Below the pieces are notes generated by a model. The model worked only from the letters and a program-made list of their open reading frames with translations. It was not told the DNA's origin and made no database searches. A DNA stretch of 64,000 nucleotides from Eledone cirrhosa (Eukaryota), in the NCBI GenBank assembly GCA_964016885.1, contig OZ024741.1:46128001-46192000 (forward strand). The letters run 5' to 3'. This document shows, piece by piece, positions 56,912-64,000 of the stretch (position 1 is its first letter; the number at the start of each line of letters is the position of its first letter). Both the position numbers and the translations under genes were made by a program.

Positions 56912-57545
56912 ATATATATATATAAATATATATATATATATGAAAGGTCTGTGTAGAAACCAATCAAGAAGAAGAGATAGGATATTAGTTGTGAGAATTA
57001 TAAGGCAGTAGTTAAGAAGACAGTGTGCTCAATGCGTATAAAGTGCAAGACAAGCGAACAATGAAAGTAAGCGAGAGAAATATATGTCAAGCATTTACAG
57101 GCAGAGCATTAATATATAAATTAATTGTTAGAGAATGCACTAATTATTTTATTCTTAATGATTCCTTTCATATTAACTCTCTCAGCTATTGCACGCTATT
57201 TCTTTTCTCACCGATATTCATTTTTTATTCTACCGTAAAGTATAGTGAGACTTCTGATCTTTTTTTAAATATCTTCTTAGTATTTCAACAGTAAATTTTA
57301 TTAAAAACAAGTTAAGCTTTTTTATCAAAGTGTCTCCCTTTCATCATATTTTTGCCCCTTGCTATTTACACTTGCTTACTTCCTGTTTTATCGCTGCTCC
57401 ATTATTTAAACGGTTAACTTCTTTGAATTTAAAATGTATTTTAATTTTCTTTCACTCCTTCGTGTGATAAATAGTATGCTTTGCATTTTTCATAGTTCCA
57501 ACCTTCAGTGACATGTATTTTTGAATTTTAGGTTTATTTTCATTT

Positions 57546-57670
57546 TAGTTCTGAAGATGAGATCATTTCTTAGTTCAGTTATATTATCATCTGGTCTTAT
57601 TGATTGTATTATCGATAATTTTCATTTTTATTAATTGAATTTTGATGATTTCTGAAACAATTGTAAACCA
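57546..57670 (+). ncRNA. Type I hammerhead ribozyme with long stem II insertion (F9), followed by AATAAA
   Basis: GUU-CUGAAGA-U-GAGAUCAU..AUGAUUUC-U-GAAA-CAAUUG-UA-AAC. Confidence 0.75.
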
Positions 57671-57716
57671 ATAAATATATTTGTTCAAGAATTCAGTATT
57701 GTATTCTGTAACAATT

Positions 57717-57785
<69 letters not shown>

Positions 57786-58460
57786 TATATAATAAGGGTT
57801 TTGATCGGTATCCAGTGATTTCGATCTCGTTGTCTTTAATTTGCTGAACAAATTCATTTGGAGCACACGCACAGGATTGTTTGTAATACGACATTCCCAG
57901 CCTAAATCCTAAGCTATTAAAACAATGTAACTATTGTATCGACAGATTACCATGTAAAAACGTTAAAGCACTCACAATTTTATCAATTAAAACACCCAGT
58001 ATACTATTTTAACACACATAAATCTGCCGGAGTACAGCAAATGACAGCGGCATGCAAAACATCTTATATAAAATCATCAAAGATGAATGAACACGATACT
58101 ATTAACGAGTATATATATATATATATATTGTATTTTCTTATACTTTTCAGAATTAAATGCTCCAAAGAGAAGTCCATTTGTTTAACGATGGCCATATCAA
58201 TCTATTGAAATTATAATTTTGGACTTTGAAACTGCAGTAAGGATGTTTTGTTTTTTCCATATGGAGAGATGCTTTTACAGTAATCTGCCCCTCGGTGATT
58301 ATAAAGTATAAAATTGCAAGATTTATTTTTCTTCACTTTATTATTTTAACACTTACTGCAAAAATATAATAATATATTATATTGTGGCTCATGAGATTTG
58401 ATAACATAGTCTGAAAATACGTGCGGTGTTGTTTCCCAAAGGATTTGTTTTTCTATTAAA

Positions 58461-58870
58461 CATGCATACATATACACATACATACATACATGCATACACA
58501 CAGACATATATACATACATACACACAGACATATATTCATACATACATACATACATACATACATACATACATACATACATACATACATACATACATGCATA
58601 CATACATACATACATACATACATACATTATACATACACACATAAATACATACATACATATATGCATGCATGCATGCATGCATACATACATACACACATCA
58701 TACATACATAAATGCATACATAAATACATGAATGCACACATAAATACATACGCACATACATATAAGTGTGTGTACATGTATATATATATTTATAAATATA
58801 TATATGTATATATACACATATGTATACATGCGTATATATCTGTGTGTGCGCGTGCATGTGCATGTGTGTG
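58461..58870. repeat. (TACA)n/(TA)n/(TG)n compound microsatellite
   Basis: Direct read. Confidence 0.9.
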
Positions 58871-59487
58871 GCAATTTTTTTAAAACCTGATCCAACAAAC
58901 AATATTTGCATAATGTTATTATTCTATGTATAAATTTGCAAAATAATTAAAAGATTATCATTCAGCATAAAGTCGCGGAAAAAAGTATGGCTGGAAATTT
59001 AGCAAGCAAGAGAGAAAGAGAGTATTGGTATAGAAAGAGAGGGAGAGATGAGAGAGAGAACTAGAGAGAGAGGGGACGAGAGAAAGAGAGAAAGCGAGAA
59101 AGCGAGAGAGGGAGAACTAGAGAGAGGGGTGGGGGGCATTGGAAAGAATTTTCTGCATATTTGCGTCTTGCCATATTTGCCACAAAGGATATTATCGAAA
59201 ACAAAATGCTTGATCATAAATAATTCACCCTAATTCTATTTTATACAGTTTTTTTTTTAATTTTAAATGAGCTTCGTTCAACTCTGTTGAGATCTCATTA
59301 TTATGCAAAAATATACAAACCCAGTTTCTTGTCAAAATCAAAATCAATGTATTTAAATGTAAATACATTTCAATAAGAGATTAAGGTGATAGATTTGGCA
59401 CATATTTCATAACTATTTCTAGGCTCTTCATTTTTTCTTTGTATAATTTTTCATGAGCATCGGTGGATGTTTTCATAATATTATAAT

Positions 59488-60424
59488 CAATCGACTTTCC
59501 TCTCCCTGCAAAAAATTGTTGGCCTCACGCCTATATCAGAAATATCGGTAGAGGGTTGGACGCCATGCTTTCCAGCATAGTTACGTCCCTTTACGATCTG
59601 AGTTCAAATCCCGCCGAGGTTGACTTTGCCTTTCATCATTACGGGGTCGATAAAATAAAGTACCAGTAATGCACTGGGTAATTGCTGGCCTTGTGCCTAA
59701 AGTAGAAACAATTATTATTATTAATCATAGGGTGCTGGATTGGCAGTCGTTTTAATGTCGAAAAATAATGCCTTAAGGTATTTATTTCAGCTCTTTGCGT
59801 TCTGAGTTCAAATCCCACCGAGGTTAGCTCTGCCTTTCATCCTTATCGGGTCGATAAAATAAAGTACCAGTAATAGACTGGGGTCGATTTAATCGACTTT
59901 CCCCTGCCCAAAGATTGCTGCTCTCGTGCCTATAGTAGAAATCATTATTATTCTGGTGGCCAGGGTGGCCGTGGTCTTCTGTGTGGTTTTCGCCACGAGT
60001 GACCCTTGGAATTCCCCGCTATTGGGGAATTTTTATTGTTTGAATTTTTTTTTATACTTCTATCTTCTTGTTATAACGTTTTTTTTACATGGCCAAAACC
60101 CACTTTGTATCGTCCTGTACCCTTCTGTGCAGTCTGTAATGTTTTTCTTCATGTTAGCCCTTGTGGTCAATAAAAAAACCATTATTATTATTATTAATAT
60201 ACCGTTGGATTGGTAGTCGTTTTAACGTTGAAAGAAAAATGCGTAAAGGCATTTATTTCAGCTCTTTACGTTCTGAGTTCAAATCCCACCGTGGTTAGTT
60301 TTGCCTTTCATCCTTACGGGTTCATAAAATAAAGTACCAGTCACGCACTGGGTCGATTTAATCGACTTTTCTCTTCCCCAAAATTGCTGGCCTTGTGCCT
60401 AAATTAGAAACCATTATTATTATT
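59488..60424 (+). mobile_element. Cluster of 3-4 SINE copies with (ATT)n tails
   Basis: Copies at ~59543, 59730 and 60204 plus a 3' fragment at 59488. Confidence 0.8.
59953..60195 (+). mobile_element. Tx1 family B-like 3' fragment inserted in a SINE (ATT)n tail
   Basis: Matches 24063-24314. Confidence 0.8.
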
Positions 60425-61669
60425 AATAATCTTTTCGGACTAGCATTTTTAATATGCGAGTTTAAATTAATAACTCTATTTATAACGCTATTAGTATTGT
60501 GTCGTTAATTCCTACACAAATATGGATTCCCCATTTCATTTGTTTATTTTGAAGAAGTCATTTGCTATTGCAAAACTAACACCAGAAAACACCACCACCC
60601 CCGCGCAAGCATACATATATATATGTGTATATAGATATATATATGTATGTGTGTGTAGTTGATAAATGAAATAAACAAAACACAGGAGGCAATTTTGGCA
60701 CAGTGATATTAGGCTCACACTCTTTCACACATACACACTCACACACAGACACATTGAGGAACACACACAAATATTCACAGTTACAAATATTCGCAAACAA
60801 ACATGCAAACACGTTCATTTACATAATATTATATAAACAAAAATCCACGCATTCATGTACACACATAGGAATATACATACATAAATAAATACACACCGTC
60901 TCACATACAGACACAAACTTCCAAGCATATATAAACGCATATATGCATTCACAAACATATATATCGAATCTAAGAAGCATACGCAGACAAAATCTCACAT
61001 ATACAGTGACACAATCTCTCTCTTACACTCAAATAGTATATACACACAAGCTCATAGGCATACACGCATACACCATTACTCTTCAGTTTACACTCGGAAG
61101 ATCTTTCGCAAACTGGCACTTAATTCCTGCATCTGGAATGTATTTATATCACATTTTAATGTAATCACTGAAATAGCAGTGAATGTTGTAACTGTCTGCA
61201 GAATTAGAGGTCGTTTGGAAATTTAGAAAATTTAGTAAATTTGGGAGATTCTATGACTCTCAGTCTGTTGTATCCCATCAAGATTGGTATTGAAGAACTG
61301 TCAAATTTCGGCGAAAGTTTCATAACACTAGATGATAAACATAACATATTTACGCCCAGAGGTGGACTGGCCAGGTCATCAGCTTGCCTAATGGTAAGTA
61401 GGCCCCTCGGGGGCCCGCGGAAATACTTTAGGGGTCAATGCAAAAACGTTGCTTTCAAAGAAAATATCAGAAGTCCAAGAGAAAGAATACATTTTTTTAA
61501 AAATAAATATAACAATTAAGTATACAAGGGTCGACTTTACATGAGATCTAGTATAAATAAATAAATAAATACATACATACAAAGTTTCGGCCTTTGAAGC
61601 GATGAGAATCTATGTAATATATAAGTATAAAGAAAGTGCTTAAGCGCAGAAATGCTGTAAAGATTGCTT

Positions 61670-62041
61670 ATAAAATAGGGTGAACAACATTAAAAGACGG
61701 AAAAAGAATTTGCCAACGACTATGAGGAATTGAACCCCATATTTTCCAGTAAGCAGCTAGAAGATATCTGGAAAATATGGGGTTCAATTTCTCATAGGGG
61801 TCATTGGCAAATTTATTTTCCGTCTTTTAAGTTTGTTCACCCTATTTTATATATATATAGAGAGAGAGATAAAATAGGGTGAACAAACTTAAAAGACGGA
61901 AAGAAAATTTGCCAATGACCCCTATGAAAAATTGAACCCATATTTTCCAGATATCTTCTAGCTGCTTACTGGAAAATAAGGGGTTCAATTCCTCGTAGTC
62001 GTTGGCAAATTATTTTTCCGTCTTTTAATGTTGTTCACCCT
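61670..62041. repeat. Two inverted copies of a ~180-bp near-perfect hairpin (MITE/fold-back-like)
   Basis: 61670-61850 and 61869-62041 are each self-complementary and reverse complements of each other. Confidence 0.8.
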
Positions 62042-62268
62042 TTACTCTGTTTTCCTATGATTTTCATCGAAAATATTTGAATGCATCTTCTCTTTTCATG
62101 ATATTTGGATTACATTGAGTTCTTCATTGGACACTACCGTATATTTTGGTAGATTTATCCACATACTTTGCTCCTAATTTTATACAGGTATTCATATTTT
62201 AATATATATTTTTTATATATATATACATTATTTTATGACTCCCTATATATATAGTTGAACTCTCTCTA

Positions 62269-63886
62269 TTGTCCATTATCCATATTACAATGGAAAAACA
62301 ATACTTGGGAACTTCTTTAAAGAATATATCGATACCTTCTAATGACGAATTCTTACTTCTTATGATACAAAAAACCAACCAATTCATCAAAAGGGTCAGA
62401 TGGAGGGCCTACCACTTTGATAGAAAAACAAAACGTAATGATAAGAAATATTTATATGATTTCACCACATATAAGAACCCACCACACAACTCCTTGCTTG
62501 AAAACTTCGAGAAAGACCTATTTAACTTAAACAAACACCTCAGATTTAAGAAATATAAATATAATTTTCAAAAGGATCTTGACTCTACCCTATTGGATCT
62601 AAAAAAATCTAGCAAAGTCCACGTCCACTCTGACAAAACTGGAAATCTAACCACATGGATATTGATAATTACAATGAGTTCATTTATAAAGAACTCAGGA
62701 AAAATTATTAAAAAAACAAATAATGTGACTCTTACCAATATCAACAACAAAACATACAACATATTAAATAAACTCAATATTGAAGACAGAACTGAACATT
62801 TGACACTGAAAAGACCACACTTTAACCTGAAAGATCACAAATCTAACTTTAACTCTAATCCTTCTATAAGACTTATATGCTCTTCCAAGTCTGACATTGG
62901 CATCATTAGTAAAAAATATTTAGATAGAATCATCCCACAATTAAGAAAACACGTTCATTTACCACTCTGGGAAAACACATCCAAGTAATTAACTGGTTTA
63001 CTAATATTAGAAATAAATCATCTGCTTCATTTCTACAATTTGATATAGATTCTTATTATTCTCTTGTGCCAAAAGTAGAAACAATTATTCTTCTATATCA
63101 CCCATATTCCTGAACAAAGCCTTGATATTTGCCAAAAATAGATCAAACTTAACTATGGATGACATTAATATTATCACGCACGCCAGACAAACACTACTGG
63201 AATTTCAGAAGGAATACTGTACCAGAAATACATATAGTAATCTCTTCGACATTACTATGGACTCTAGTGATTCCGCCCAAATTACCGATTCCGCCCAAAT
63301 TACCGATTCCGCCCAAATTACCGATCTTGTGGGCCTCTTTCTTCTATTTAACATTAATTCATCTTTTCCCCACCTTAAAGGTGGTTTATATCGTGATGAC
63401 TGTCTTTTTCTGTCCACTAATCTTAGCCCATCAGAAATTAAAAAAAATAAAAAACTTATTAGAACTTTCCTCAAAGACTATTACAATCTCACTATTACAT
63501 TTGAAAACACCAGTAAAATAGTCAATTTCCTAGATATAACTTTAGACCTATCTACGGGTATCTACCAACCTTACCATAAACCTAACCAAAACTTACATTA
63601 CATACACTCACAATCCAATCACCCTAGATCTATACTTAAAAACCTAGCATATAATATCTCACTCAGAATCTCTAACCTTTCATCTAACCAGGATGTTTTC
63701 GATAAAAACCCGACCTTTTATAACAAAGCTTTAGCTAGAAGCGGCCACAAAAACAAATTAGTCTATATAACTTGCACCAATAATACTTCAAACATACAAC
63801 ACAATATTACCAACAAACACCAAATGAAAAAACCCACACCTAAATGCCACTCATACTACACCCAAAAATACCAATCTAAAACTTAA
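62269..63886 (+). pseudogene. Penelope-like element reverse transcriptase (Naiad-like), frameshifted
   Basis: SLKNI.IP, FIKRVRWRAYHF, DKTGN, LKDHK.NF..NP..RLI, FDI..YY, GLYRDD, FLDITL, YHKPN, YIH..SNHP. Confidence 0.85.
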
Positions 63887-64000
63887 TTTCTCTACCTCTT
63901 CTCACATAAAATATAATGACTTTCAAAAAACCATTAATCCTAATATCCAATATATGTTAACAACATTACTAACAAAATTCCTAGTAATCAGACTAAAACA

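Noticed and set aside
61355-61385. CTGATGA on the minus strand
   Set aside because: No properly placed GAAA or stem III
62960-63130. Possible selenocysteine read-through as in some Naiad elements
   Set aside because: The break is a frameshift ending in TAA plus a SINE-tail insertion, not an in-frame TGA

Overview
AT-rich eukaryotic DNA with no recognisable host gene; the SINE types and microsatellite load suggest a coleoid cephalopod (Octopus-like), which is inference. Bases ~1.4-33.9 kb are a pile-up of non-LTR retrotransposons, nearly all joined by (TTA)n/(TAA)n microsatellite. They comprise two Tx1-like (L1 clade; CCHC ORF1 + APE-RT ORF2) families and two R4/Dong-like (RT + CCHC + RLE) families, which use opposite strands of the same repeat. 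Next come a decayed Chapaev3-like transposase, SINEs and MITEs. Bases ~42-58 kb look like junk (TA)n DNA but hold at least nine families of non-coding tandem or fold-back elements carrying type I hammerhead ribozyme motifs (about 19 complete motifs, some with mutated cores). Features include palindromic stem III, recurrent U.U closure of stem II, branched stem II insertions and a compensated U3-A8 core variant. These are retrozyme/Penelope-satellite-like elements predicted to yield ~430-1000 nt self-cleaved, possibly circular RNAs. A decayed Penelope-like (Naiad-type) RT ends the window. All RNA structures were paired by eye and not computed.
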